Positions 19,918-30,400 of a stretch of DNA of 64,000 nt are shown piece by piece. Made by a program: the position numbers and the translations under genes. Within the stretch, counting starts at the first letter, position 1, and each line of letters begins with the position of its first letter. Origin of the DNA: Gammaproteobacteria bacterium (GTDB lineage: Bacteria; Pseudomonadota; Gammaproteobacteria; SZUA-229); the NCBI GenBank assembly GCA_026995045.1, contig JALWPK010000137.1, forward strand, positions 83 to 64,082, read 5' to 3'. Under the pieces are notes generated by a model. It searched no databases. It had not been told where the DNA came from and saw nothing but the letters and a program-made list of their open reading frames with translations.

Positions 19918-20379
19918 ATGTTCAGAATTGTGCTGTTTCAGCCCGAAATTCCGCCCAACACCGGCAACGTCATCCGCCTGTGCGCCAACACCGGCTGTGA
20001 ACTGCACCTGATTGAACCGCTCGGATTTGAGCTGGATGACAAACGCCTGCGGCGCGCCGGGCTGGATTACCATGAGTTTGTCGCCGTGCAAACCCATCGC
20101 AGCCTGGATGATTACCTGCGACAACATCCATCGGTTTGCCATGCCCTGTCCACCCGCGGACGCAGACGCTACGATCAGGCCCGCTTTGCGCCCGGCGACA
20201 GCCTGATTTTCGGACCGGAAACGCGCGGCCTGCCGGCGGATTATCTGGCCAGCCTGCCGCCGGACAGGGTGCTGCGGATGCCGATGCTGGCGGACAGCCG
20301 CAGCCTGAACCTGTCCAACAGCGTGACCGCAGTGGTGTATGAAGCCTTGCGGCAGAATGATTTCAGGGGGCTGGGATAG
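19918..20379 (+). CDS. trmL: tRNA (cytidine(34)-2'-O)-methyltransferase
   Basis: PEIPPNTGN, RRAGLDYHE, FGPETRGL, SRSLNLSN SPOUT motifs. Confidence 0.95.
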   Translation: MFRIVLFQPEIPPNTGNVIRLCANTGCELHLIEPLGFELDDKRLRRAGLDYHEFVAVQTHRSLDDYLRQHPSVCHALSTRGRRRYDQARFAPGDSLIFGPETRGLPADYLASLPPDRVLRMPMLADSRSLNLSNSVTAVVYEALRQNDFRGLG

Positions 20380-20460
20380 GGACTGAAACTGTCACGAAAT
20401 AATCCATAACGGGCGTGTTTTGCACCATATTGCAGCAAATGTCGCCGATTATGCTTGAAT

Positions 20461-21468
20461 TTACTCGACTCTGGTATCGCGGCTGAGCAGTGTTTTCACC
20501 GCATCCCTGGGCGGTTTGCCGTGATACAGCACGCTGAACACCTGCTCTACGATAGGCATGTCGACCTGGTGCATTTCAGCCAGCCGGTTGGCTTCCTGGG
20601 CGGTGCGCACGCCCTCGACTTCCTGACCGATTTTTTCGCGCGCCTCGTCAATCGACAGGCCTTCCGCCAGCAACAGGCCCATGCGGCGGTTGCGGCTCTG
20701 GTTATCGGTGCAGGTAAGCACCAGATCGCCCAGGCCGGCCAGCCCCATGAAGGTTTCGCGTTGCGCGCCCATGGCTTCGCCCAGGCGCATGATTTCCGCC
20801 AGCCCCCGGGTTATCAGCGCGGCGCGCGCATTGGCGCCAAAGCCCAGCCCGTCCGATGCGCCGGCGGCGATGGCCAGCACATTTTTCAGCGCGCCGCCGA
20901 GCTCAACGCCGATGATGTCATTGCTCATGTAGGCGCGAAAATTACCGGTGTGCAGATAGGCGCGCAGCTCCTCGGCCAGCCACTCGGTGCTGGAAGCCAC
21001 GGTGATGGCGGTGGGCAGATTGGCGGCGACTTCGCGCGCAAAGGTGGGGCCGGACAATACGGCTGTATGCCTGCACTGTGGCAGTTCCTCCTGCACCACC
21101 TGGTGAAGCAGCTTGCCGGAGCCCTGCTCCAGCCCCTTGCTGGCCCATGACACCGGCAGATCTGCAGTGAACAAGCCCCGGTTGGCGGACAAAAACGCGC
21201 GATAGGCGTGACTGGGGATGGCGATCATCACCAGATGCGCGCCACTCATGGCGGCTTCGAGGTCGGCCGCCGGCTGTAGCGTCTCGGGGAACGGAATGTC
21301 CGGCAAAAATTGCTGGTTGCAGCGCTCTTCGGCAAGCCGCGCCATATGCTCCGGTTCGTTGCCCCAGAGTTTTACCTTGAAACCGGAGCGCGCCATGTGA
21401 ATGGCCAGCGCAGTGCCCCACGACCCTGCGCCCAGCAGGGTAATGCTGTCGCCTGAAGGAGCCGTCAT
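20461..21468 (-). CDS. gpsA: NAD(P)H glycerol-3-phosphate dehydrogenase
   Basis: GAGSWGTALA, SKGLE, SGPTFA, GALKNV, GLGDLVLTC..SRNRR. Confidence 0.97.
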   Translation of the reverse strand: MTAPSGDSITLLGAGSWGTALAIHMARSGFKVKLWGNEPEHMARLAEERCNQQFLPDIPFPETLQPAADLEAAMSGAHLVMIAIPSHAYRAFLSANRGLFTADLPVSWASKGLEQGSGKLLHQVVQEELPQCRHTAVLSGPTFAREVAANLPTAITVASSTEWLAEELRAYLHTGNFRAYMSNDIIGVELGGALKNVLAIAAGASDGLGFGANARAALITRGLAEIMRLGEAMGAQRETFMGLAGLGDLVLTCTDNQSRNRRMGLLLAEGLSIDEAREKIGQEVEGVRTAQEANRLAEMHQVDMPIVEQVFSVLYHGKPPRDAVKTLLSRDTRVE

Positions 21469-21471
21469 GCT

Positions 21472-21942
21472 CTAGTGCGCGGTTTCCTGCTGCGCGGCTG
21501 CGGCGGCCTGCTGCTCCATATGCTGCTGGTACAAGGCGTTGAAGTTGACCGGCGCCAGCAGCAGCGGCGGGAAACCGCCATTGGTGACCAGGCTGGAAAT
21601 CACCTCACGCGCAAACGGGAACAGGGTTTCCGGGCAATAGGCTCCCAGCATGCCATTGAGGTTGCTCTCTTCAAAACCCTTGATGGTAAAAATACCCGCC
21701 TGTTTCACTTCCACCAGAAACGCGGTTTTGTCCTGTTGCTTGGCGGTGACGGTAATCGACAACACCACTTCGTACATATTTTCGTTCACGGTGCTGTTGC
21801 TGCTGTTGATTTGCACGTTAAGCTCCGGCTTCCATTCACTGCCGCTGATAAACAGGGCGGGGGTGTTGGGCGACTCGAAAGAAACGTCCTTGATGTAGAT
21901 TTTGTCGATGTTGAATTGCTGTTCGTTGGCTTGTTCGCTCAT
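21472..21942 (-). CDS. secB: Protein-export chaperone SecB
   Basis: IYIKDVSFESP, EVKQAGIF, CPETLFPFAR, GGFPPLLLAPVNF. Confidence 0.97.
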   Translation of the reverse strand: MSEQANEQQFNIDKIYIKDVSFESPNTPALFISGSEWKPELNVQINSSNSTVNENMYEVVLSITVTAKQQDKTAFLVEVKQAGIFTIKGFEESNLNGMLGAYCPETLFPFAREVISSLVTNGGFPPLLLAPVNFNALYQQHMEQQAAAAAQQETAH

Positions 21943-21990
21943 AATATTTCTCGGTTAAAGTGTTGAAAGTTGTTTTTGGACGCAGCGGAC

Positions 21991-22425
21991 TCAGCCGCTG
22001 CTGACAGGCAGTTTGGTTTCCTCCCAGGCAACCAGACCGCCCTTGAGATTCCTGACATGTGTGTAGCCCTCGCGAGCCAGCGCGCGGCAAACCCGGGCGG
22101 ATGTGTTGCCGACATTGCAGTAAACAATGATGGCGTCATCCTTTGATTTCGCCAGTTTGGCGACTTTTTCCACCGCCTCGCTGGCTGGCGCATGTTTGGC
22201 GTTTTTGATATGCGCCTTTTTGAATTCCGCATCGCTGCGCACATCGATAACAATGGCGTCTTCGTTATTCATCAGCCGGGTGGCCTGAATCGGATCGACC
22301 AGCAGCTTGCGGATGGTCTGGTGCTCAAATTCCGATTTCACCAGCAGCGCCAGCACCACCAGAAAGGCGCCGACCAGAAACAGGTGATTGGAGATAAATT
22401 CAGGCAATAGCTGAAATTGTTCCAT
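21991..22425 (-). CDS. Membrane-anchored rhodanese-domain protein (YibN-like)
   Basis: N-terminal TM; IDVRS..EF..HI; IVYC; LKGGLVAW. Confidence 0.9.
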   Translation of the reverse strand: MEQFQLLPEFISNHLFLVGAFLVVLALLVKSEFEHQTIRKLLVDPIQATRLMNNEDAIVIDVRSDAEFKKAHIKNAKHAPASEAVEKVAKLAKSKDDAIIVYCNVGNTSARVCRALAREGYTHVRNLKGGLVAWEETKLPVSSG

Positions 22426-22462
22426 GAAAGAACCGACCTTGCAGACAGAGGTGAAAGTTTAG

Positions 22463-22798
22463 TTATTCGTCAGATGTCTGACGCGCGGAGCAAAATACAT
22501 CCTGCATCATGCCAATCAGGCGCAGGGTGCGGGTGTCGCCGACGCGATAATACACCTTGTTGGCGTCCTTGCGGGACGCCAGAATGCCCTTGTCGCGCAA
22601 AATGGCCAGATGTTGCGAGATATTGCTTTGGGAAGTGCCTACAGAATCGACGATATCCTGTACACTCACTTCCTGGTCACCGAGAGTGCACAGAATTTTC
22701 AGACGCAGCGGGTGCGACATGGCCTTGAGTGAGCGTGAAGCGCGGCTGATATCTTCTTCACGGGTCATCAAATGGGGATCATCAGCAACTACAGACAT
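22463..22798 (-). CDS. ArsR/SmtB repressor, BigR/SqrR/YgaV two-Cys type
   Basis: LKAMSHPLRLKILC, SQHLAILR, VYYRV, DVFC. Confidence 0.9.
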   Translation of the reverse strand: MSVVADDPHLMTREEDISRASRSLKAMSHPLRLKILCTLGDQEVSVQDIVDSVGTSQSNISQHLAILRDKGILASRKDANKVYYRVGDTRTLRLIGMMQDVFCSARQTSDE

Positions 22799-22946
22799 GT
22801 AACCTTACCTCTCGGTGAAACCTATATAAGAACTAAACAATACAATAATACACTTTTTTACCCAAATAAAAAGCGTGAATTTTCATTTTTTCCGGATTGC
22901 ATGGATATTTTCCCGATTACCCCTTGTATACGGCCATGGCGGCGCA

Positions 22947-24113
22947 GTGAAACAGTATATTAGAAAGCGCTTAAGCCTGGCGCTGGCGGTGGCGCTGACG
23001 CTGCTGGCCAGCTCGCCGCTGGCGGCTGAAACGGACGAAGTTTCACGCTACCAGAGCAAGCTCGAAAAGCTGTACAAGAGCATCGACAAGGTCAAAAAAC
23101 ACCTCAAAACGCGCCGTCACAAACGCGGCAATGTGCTCACCGAACTGCACCAGTTGGAAGCCGATATCGGCGAAAATGCACTCAAACTGAAAAAAACCGA
23201 CAAAAATGTTCGTCAGCTTAAAGTTCGCATCAATAAACTCAATAAAGAACTGCGGCTACTTGAGAACAGGCTGCGCCAGCAGCAGGCGGCGCTGGCCGAG
23301 CTGTTTCGCGCCGCCTACATGCTGGGCGCGCAGCAACAACTAAAAATGCTGTTGAATCAACAAGATCCGGCCAGTCTGGGACGCGTGCAGGCGTATTTCG
23401 ACTACCTCAACCGGGCGCGCGCGCAGCGGATTGCCGAATTTGAGCAATCCATCAAGCACAAGCAACGTCTGCAAACCGACATCAACGCCTCCCTGCAAAA
23501 TCTCAAATCCACACTCGCCAGCCAGAAGGCGCAGAAAAAAAAGCTCAACCAGCAGCGCCGCAGCCGCGCCGCCTTGCTGGCCAGACTGGAGCAGGAAATC
23601 CAGCAGCAGGAGCAGAACCTGTCCGAACTCGAATCCAGCCGCAACCGCATCGAAAACCTGCTCAAGTCACTGGGCGAGCTGCTGGCCGACATCCCGCCGG
23701 GGCCGGGCGACAAGGCGGATTTCGCCAGTCTCAGGGGCAAATTGCCGCGGCCAGTGGCGGGGCGCTTCATCGCCCGCTTTGGTCAGGCCAAGCAGCAGGG
23801 CGGGCTGAAATGGAACGGGGTGCTGATCGCCAGCGAATACGGCGAGCCGGTGAAAGCGGTCAGCTACGGCAGGGTGGCGTTTGCCGACTGGTTGCAGGGC
23901 TTTGGTTTTATTACCATTATTGACCACGGCAAGGGATACATGACACTCTACGGCCACAACGAATCGCTGTTCAAGCAGGCTGGCGACTGGGTGGAGGCCG
24001 GCGAGGTCATCGCCACGGTGGGCGACAGTGGCGGGCACAGCCACCCGGGGCTGTATTTCGAAATCCGCGAGCGCGGCAAGCCGGTCAACCCGGCCCGCTG
24101 GTTCGGCGGCTGA
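22947..24113 (+). CDS. envC: Murein hydrolase activator EnvC
   Basis: Signal peptide, long coiled coil, degenerate M23 domain (WNGVLI, LYGHN, LYFEIR); start placed at GTG 22947. Confidence 0.88.
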   Translation: MKQYIRKRLSLALAVALTLLASSPLAAETDEVSRYQSKLEKLYKSIDKVKKHLKTRRHKRGNVLTELHQLEADIGENALKLKKTDKNVRQLKVRINKLNKELRLLENRLRQQQAALAELFRAAYMLGAQQQLKMLLNQQDPASLGRVQAYFDYLNRARAQRIAEFEQSIKHKQRLQTDINASLQNLKSTLASQKAQKKKLNQQRRSRAALLARLEQEIQQQEQNLSELESSRNRIENLLKSLGELLADIPPGPGDKADFASLRGKLPRPVAGRFIARFGQAKQQGGLKWNGVLIASEYGEPVKAVSYGRVAFADWLQGFGFITIIDHGKGYMTLYGHNESLFKQAGDWVEAGEVIATVGDSGGHSHPGLYFEIRERGKPVNPARWFGG

Positions 24114-24235
24114 ACCCGTGGTGATGGTTACACTCTAAAACATGTAATATACCGCTATATCACTGAATCGCTCCGGAGTAGACTAAACTCTGGAGACAGG
24201 ATAGCCACACCGTTATAGCCCGGAGTAACAAGTTA

Positions 24236-25546
24236 ATGAGCAAACAATTCAAGACCGCACTGGTACTGGTCTTAGGTATGATTGTCGGCATCGGCGCCAC
24301 GCTGACCGGTAATGTACTGGCCAACAAACAGGCTGAAGCACAGGGCCTGCCGCTGGATCAGCTGCGCAATTTCTCGGATATTTACAGCCGCATCAAATCC
24401 GACTACGTCGAGGATGTGGATGACAAAACCCTGCTGGAGTACGCCATTCGCGGCATGCTGTCCGGCCTCGACCCGCACTCGACCTATCTGGACGCCGACG
24501 AATACCAGGAATTGCGCATCGGCACTTCCGGTCACTTCGGCGGCCTGGGCATTCAGGTGGGCATGGAAGACGGTTTTGTCAAAGTCATCTCGCCGATCGA
24601 CGATACCCCCGCCTACAAGGCCGGGCTGAAAGCCGGCGACCTGATTATCCGCCTTGATGAAAAATCAGTTAAAGGCATGACCCTGAGCGACGCGGTCAAA
24701 ATCATGCGCGGCAAACCCGGCACCGACATCAAGCTGACCGTGGTGCGCGAGGGCGCCGACAAACCGCTGGAGTTCACCGTCACCCGCGACATCATCAAGG
24801 TGAAAAGCGTGAAAAGCCGCATGCTGGATCCCGGTTTTGGCTATGTTCGCATTACCAACTTCCAGTCCAAAACCGCGCGCGACCTGCTCGACGCCATCAA
24901 CAAGCTGAAGGAAGAAAACAACGGTGAGCTGCGCGGTCTGGTGCTCGATTTGCGCAACAACCCCGGCGGCGTGCTCAACGCCGCCGCCGATGTCGCCGAC
25001 CTGTTCATCAACAAGGGCAAACTGGTGTACACCGAAGGCCGCGTCGAAAACGCGCATTTTGAATTCAACGCCAAACCGGGCGATGTGCTCAACGGCGCGC
25101 CCATTGTTGTTCTGATTAATGGCGGTTCAGCGTCAGCTTCCGAGATCGTCGCCGGCGCCCTGCAGGATCACAACCGCGCCGTGGTGATGGGCAGCAAGTC
25201 TTTCGGCAAGGGCTCGGTGCAAACCATTCAGGAATTGCGCAGCGGTGGGGCGGTAAAAATTACCACCGCGCGTTATTTCACCCCCAAGGGCCGCTCGATT
25301 CAGGGTGAAGGCATCACCCCGGATATCGTGCTCGACAAGTTCAAGCTGACCGAGGCTGAGTCCAACACCATCAGCCTGAAAGAATCCGACCTCAAGGGCT
25401 CCATCAGCAACCCGACCAAGTCTGAGGAAGAACTGGAGGCGGCGAAGAAAAAAGAGCTGAAGGAAAACAAGGAAATCGCCAATGACTACCAGCTGCACGA
25501 GGCGCTGTTGCTGTTGAAGGGTCTGAATATTCTCAGCAAAAAATGA
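24236..25546 (+). CDS. ctpA: C-terminal processing S41 peptidase
   Basis: LDPHS, PDZ GGLGI, LDLRNNPGG, SASASEIVAGALQD, SFGKGSVQ. Confidence 0.93.
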   Translation: MSKQFKTALVLVLGMIVGIGATLTGNVLANKQAEAQGLPLDQLRNFSDIYSRIKSDYVEDVDDKTLLEYAIRGMLSGLDPHSTYLDADEYQELRIGTSGHFGGLGIQVGMEDGFVKVISPIDDTPAYKAGLKAGDLIIRLDEKSVKGMTLSDAVKIMRGKPGTDIKLTVVREGADKPLEFTVTRDIIKVKSVKSRMLDPGFGYVRITNFQSKTARDLLDAINKLKEENNGELRGLVLDLRNNPGGVLNAAADVADLFINKGKLVYTEGRVENAHFEFNAKPGDVLNGAPIVVLINGGSASASEIVAGALQDHNRAVVMGSKSFGKGSVQTIQELRSGGAVKITTARYFTPKGRSIQGEGITPDIVLDKFKLTEAESNTISLKESDLKGSISNPTKSEEELEAAKKKELKENKEIANDYQLHEALLLLKGLNILSKK

Positions 25547-26358
25547 AGCTGACCCTGCTGCGGCCGGCAACCCTGGCGTTGCTGGCCGCCCTGCTTTTTC
25601 CCGCAGCTGGCGCGCGGGCGGAATATCTGGCCAGCATCATCATCGACGACATCGGCCAGAGCCTCGAACGCGTTGAAGACATTATCAACGCCGACATTCC
25701 GCTGACGCTGGCCATTCTGCCGCAAACCCTGTTTGCTGAAACCATCGCCGAGCAGGCGCACCGGCGCGGCAAGGAAATCATGGCGCATCTGCCGATGCAG
25801 TCAATCCGCCACCACAACCATTCGCCCGGCACGTTGACGCTGCACATGACGGAGCAGGCATTCATTCAGCAATTAAAGCAAGATATCGAATCGGTGCCGC
25901 ATGTCACCGGCGTCAACAACCACATGGGCAGCCTGATGACCATGCATCCGGGCTACATGAGCTGGCTGATGCGCACCCTGGCGGACTATGACGGCATGTA
26001 TTTCATCGACAGCCGCACCACCGAGCAGACCGTGGCGGCGAAAATCGCCGATGAATACCAGGTGCCCAATCTCGAACGCGATGTGTTCCTCGACCCGGAA
26101 CAGGATGCGCAAACGCTGGAGCAGCAATTCCAGCGCTTCATCGACAAGGCCAGAACCAACGGCTTTGCTATAGCGATTGCACACCCGCACCCGCTTTCCA
26201 TACAATATATTCTGAACAACGTCGATCGCCTGCGGCAGAACGGCATCCGGCTGACGCCGGTGTCCCGGCTTATTCAGCTACGCCAGCAGGCCAGACACAA
26301 CACGCCGGAGGCCGATAACCATGTCACGTGTACTGGTTCCGCTTGCGCAGGGATGTGA
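25543..26358 (+). CDS. Divergent polysaccharide deacetylase (YibQ family)
   Basis: IIIDDIG, HLPMQ, NNHMGS, FIDSRT, RDVFLD, AIAHP. Confidence 0.92.
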   Translation: MKLTLLRPATLALLAALLFPAAGARAEYLASIIIDDIGQSLERVEDIINADIPLTLAILPQTLFAETIAEQAHRRGKEIMAHLPMQSIRHHNHSPGTLTLHMTEQAFIQQLKQDIESVPHVTGVNNHMGSLMTMHPGYMSWLMRTLADYDGMYFIDSRTTEQTVAAKIADEYQVPNLERDVFLDPEQDAQTLEQQFQRFIDKARTNGFAIAIAHPHPLSIQYILNNVDRLRQNGIRLTPVSRLIQLRQQARHNTPEADNHVTCTGSACAGM

Positions 26359-26869
26359 GGAGCTCGAAGCCATCACCATTACCGATCTGATGGTGAGGGC
26401 GGGCATTGATGTTGTCACCGCCGGGCTTGATGACCGACCGGTGGTCGCCTCGCGCGGCGCAACCCTCATCCCGCACACCACGCTTGACCAGGTCACCGAC
26501 GAAACTTTCGACATGATTGTGCTGCCCGGCGGACTGCCCGGCGCCGATCATTTACGCGATAACGCCACCCTGCAAGCCATGCTGAAACGCCACGCTGGCG
26601 AGGGCAAATACGTCGGCGCCATCTGCGCCGCGCCAAAGGCCCTTGAAAAGGCGGGTTTATTGAATGGCAAAACTGCGACAAGCTTCCCCGGCGTGCTGGA
26701 ATCGCTGAACAACAGCGCAATCACCATCAGCAACGCCGCCATCGAACAGGATGGCAACATCGTCACCTCTCGGGGTCCCGGCACGGCAATGGACTTCGCG
26801 CTCAAGCTTGTCGAACTGCTCGAAGGCAGCGAAACCCGGAACAAGGTAGAACAATCCCTGGTCAGATAA
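26321..26869 (+). CDS. DJ-1/YajL/ThiJ family protein
   Basis: EELEA, VLPGG, AICAAP nucleophile elbow, TSRGPGTA. Confidence 0.92.
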   Translation: MSRVLVPLAQGCEELEAITITDLMVRAGIDVVTAGLDDRPVVASRGATLIPHTTLDQVTDETFDMIVLPGGLPGADHLRDNATLQAMLKRHAGEGKYVGAICAAPKALEKAGLLNGKTATSFPGVLESLNNSAITISNAAIEQDGNIVTSRGPGTAMDFALKLVELLEGSETRNKVEQSLVR

Positions 26870-26885
26870 CTGACCGACAAATTCT

Positions 26886-27035
26886 GAAACTCTGATTTAC
26901 TCAGAGTTTCCGCGGCACAGGGAAGTGCCGCCATTTTTAACAGCTTATCAGCTGTTGAAAATGAAGAAAAAGGCGAAATCGCATTTTGCCTTTTTTGTGC
27001 TCTGATAATTCAGGGATGAATTAATCAGAGCTTCC
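26886..27035. mobile_element. MITE-like element of about 150 bp with IS5-like ends
   Basis: Terminal inverted repeats GAAACTCTGATTTA / TTAATCAGAGCTTC (12 of 14 match); internal hairpins GCGGCAC-AGGGAA-GTGCCGC, AACAGCT-TATC-AGCTGTT, AAAAAGGC..GCCTTTTT. Confidence 0.6.
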
Positions 27036-27072
27036 TTCTTTTTTAACGTCCACAATGGACATGAGGTAAGTA

Positions 27073-27408
27073 ATGCAAGCAGAAGTAAATGGCAAAACCA
27101 TACAGCTGAGTGAAGCTGGCTGGCTGGAAAATCTGGATGAATGGAGTGAAGAGCTGGCTGAGGCTATTGCCAAAAATGAAAAGATTGATGAACTGACGCA
27201 GGAACACTGGGACATTATCAATCTGGCTCGCGAGTACTTTCTCGAAAACGGCGTTGTCTGTGAGCCGCGCCAGTTCTCCAAGCTGATGAAGAAAAAATAC
27301 GGCAAGGATCGCAGCGACCAGAAATACATCTATTCGCTATTCCCGACCGGCCTGATCAAATGCGCCAACAAAATCGCCGGCCTGCCGCGGCCGAAAGGCT
27401 GTAGTTAA
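27073..27408 (+). CDS. DsrC/TusE-family sulfur relay protein, non-canonical
   Basis: GWL..W.EE.A..IA, LTQEHWDII, LFPTG..KIAGLPRPKGCS with penultimate Cys. Confidence 0.9.
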   Translation: MQAEVNGKTIQLSEAGWLENLDEWSEELAEAIAKNEKIDELTQEHWDIINLAREYFLENGVVCEPRQFSKLMKKKYGKDRSDQKYIYSLFPTGLIKCANKIAGLPRPKGCS

Positions 27409-27429
27409 GCTGTCATAATTTATGACAAC

Positions 27430-27457
27430 AAAAAGGCCAGCATTGCTGGCCTTTTTT
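27430..27457. terminator. Bidirectional intrinsic terminator
   Basis: AAAAAGGCCAGCA-T-TGCTGGCCTTTTTT between convergent genes. Confidence 0.85.
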
Positions 27458-27481
27458 ATTTTCTGCTTATTGCCTCGCCGA

Positions 27482-30400
27482 TTACGCCGAGCGATGCACC
27501 CAGTCAGCGCCCAGCGAACCCTGCAGGTTCTGCAAATACTGTTCGCTGTTAATCTCCGCCAGCATGGCCTGCGCATGCTCCCGGTTTTTCTGCAACTGTT
27601 GCAGACGCGCTTCATCATCATCCATCAATTCTTCAATCTTGCGCTCAATGTAGGCCAGGTTGTTTTGCCACAATCTGGCGTCGCGTTGCTGCTGAATTTT
27701 CAGGCGCTGCTGATACCAGTCGCTTTGCAGCAGATAATCACGGGTAAACATTTCACGGATTGACGGGTCATCGATGGTTTTGCCTTGGTACTCGCCGGTC
27801 GCCATGATGCTGAGCACCGCCTTGAGAGGCGGGCAGGCGTCTTCAATCGAACCGTCTTCAATATAATGCTGCGCCACTTTTTGCTGCGCCTCGCAAATAT
27901 TGTTGATGCCATCGACATAGGCGGCCATGTCCTGGGTTTCCGGTTTCAGCATGGGCTCGTCAAACACAATGGTCGGGCTGTCGAACACCTTGCCGAAGTA
28001 GGCGTGCACAAAACTTTCGGTAATGCGGTAGCCGAGACGGCTGGCGAGCACGGTCTGGCCTTCGTATTCGAAGTCATCGAGCTTTTCCAGATAACCTTTT
28101 TCAATCAGGTATCGCGGATCGCGCTCGGCAACCGGAATGCGGCACCAGATTTCCGGTATCAGCATGCTGATATCGTGGTCAATACGACGACGCGCTCCGA
28201 TATAACCGGCGGCGGAGGAATAGCCCTGATGACCGCAAAGAATAAAAGACACCATGGCGTTGTTCAGGTCCGCCGTTGCCGACAGGGCATTGAACGGCCC
28301 CTTGGTGAGCGCGCCCTCGGAGCCGGCGCCGGTGGTCGACGGCGACTTGCCGGTGAGGCTGCATACCAGATCCATGAACAGCTCCGGCAGCTCCTGATAG
28401 TGAATCGGGTTGTACACCGCCAGCGGGCGAATGCCGGCCTTCAGATCCTGCGGGTTGTTGCGGCGCCCCTGCAGCACGGCATTCACTGGATGATACACCG
28501 GGTCGTTCAGTGACAGGCCGCGCGCCAGCCGGGCGCCCATGTCAGCCAGGTATTTCGGTTTCGGGTTGGCCAGATCCGGGCGCTTTTGCAAATAGCGCAT
28601 GTTGAGGCTGGGCTTGCCGTTGACAATGCGCGGATGTGATGAGGCGACAAAATATTCATCGTCCTGCAATTCTTCCGCGGCGGAGCGGATAAACTCACGC
28701 ATGGGGCGGGAATATTCCTGAAAATTGACGCTGTCTTCCACCAGCTCAATCGCATCCTGTTTGGTCAGCGGTTCAAAGTTGGAGATAAAGTTGCCGTCTT
28801 CCGCCATGTCGGCTTCGGTCTGGGTGTCAAAACCGCGAATCACGGCGTCATCCGGACGCTGAAACAAACGCCGCTCGCAATTGGTCACCAGCTTGACGCT
28901 TTGTTCGGTGTATTGCGGGTTGAGTTTGCCCTGCAACAAACGGGCTGGTACAACCGTGGACGCCGAAATGTCATCCTCGGTCTGCACCTTGGTGGCGGCC
29001 ACAAAATCCTGGCGCAGTTTGTAGATGCGCCAGCGGCCATCACTGTGCGTGCCAACACGCAGGTAACTGGTCACCAGTTTGCGGCCGTTGTATTTGAGTT
29101 CGTTCGCCGGGTGACCGTTGACTTCATCGACGGAGAAATGCTCGCGCCAGTTGTCGCCCCATGACGGCTTGTAAAAACGTTTGATTAAAAACACCAGCGC
29201 CAGTATGTGCTGCGGAATGGCTTCCAGCCAGGCATTGTATTCATCGGTGTAGTCGCTGGCCGAGGGCGTCAGCAGTTTGATCACCGAACCGAGGCTGCGA
29301 TCCATGCTCAGCAGGCTGCGGTCATCCTGCATGCTGCTGTCGCGGAAACGCTTGCTGTAATCGTAATTGATAATGTCCGCGACCTTGTCAAAATCGGCCT
29401 CGAAGTCGCCAATGAACACCGGGCCGGAAATAATCGCATCCTGTATCGATTTGGAAATTTCCGACTTGCCGCCACCCGATACGGTGCTGGGCTTGTGACA
29501 GAAGGCGCCTTCGCCAAGCGTGCCAATCAGACGCCAACTCGGCGCCTGCGGATGCTTCTGCATGCTGACGGAAAAACCGCTGGGATACATATAGGTGTTG
29601 CTGGCCAGTAGTTTCAGGTATTGCGGCTGGCCGTCTTTTTCCCAGCGAATTGACTGGTCGTTCATGTCGAAACGGGCGTTTTCCGGCACATAAATAATGT
29701 CCTTGTACTGGCGGTCAACCGCATAGCCGCTTTCGTGTATGTCGATGCCGCCTTCAAGCTGCTTGCACAAACGCTCGAAGGTGTATTCGCCCATGTCTTC
29801 TTCAATCTGCGGCACATAGGTTTCACCCAGATTGAAACGCGGGAAGGCGAGGGCGCCGCCAGCGTGTTCTTCCTCGACACCACCAAACAGGTTGGCGGAA
29901 TAGCTGATTTGCGATTTGATTTCTTTTTTGCTGTAGCCGAAATAGTTGTCGGCGATGATGGTGACAATGACGCCGTTCATGTCGCGGCACACCACCTTGA
30001 AGGCCTGACCATCGTTGTACAGTTCGTCTTCCGCCTGCCAGCACATGCCATCCTTGCGCTGACGCTCGCTGGCGTCATCATAATGCGGCAGGCCGAGGGA
30101 TTTTTTGGTCAGGCGCGTCAAATGCGGCGCCAGGATGATGCAGCCGGTGGTTCCGGTCCAGTGCTCGGTGTCCAGCGCGGCGTCATTTTCCGGCAGGAAC
30201 GGGTCACCGCCGTTGCCGAAAATGGTTTCCACAAAGTCCAGGTTGGCGACCAGGCTGCCCGGCGCGAACATGCGCACTTCCATGGTTTTTTCCGGCAGCA
30301 CATCGCCCACCTGCGGGCGCACTATCGGGCGCACCAGCAATGACACCCACAAATCAATCGGTTTTGGCAGGCCGCTGGCTATCGGCAGGCTCAGGGCTTC

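Noticed and set aside
20421-20437. NtrC-like box TGCACCATATTGCAGCA
   Set aside because: Second half-site has two mismatches, it lies between convergent gene ends, and no sigma-54 promoter was found nearby
27073-27408. Canonical dsrC
   Set aside because: No C-x10-C motif and no dsr genes in the window
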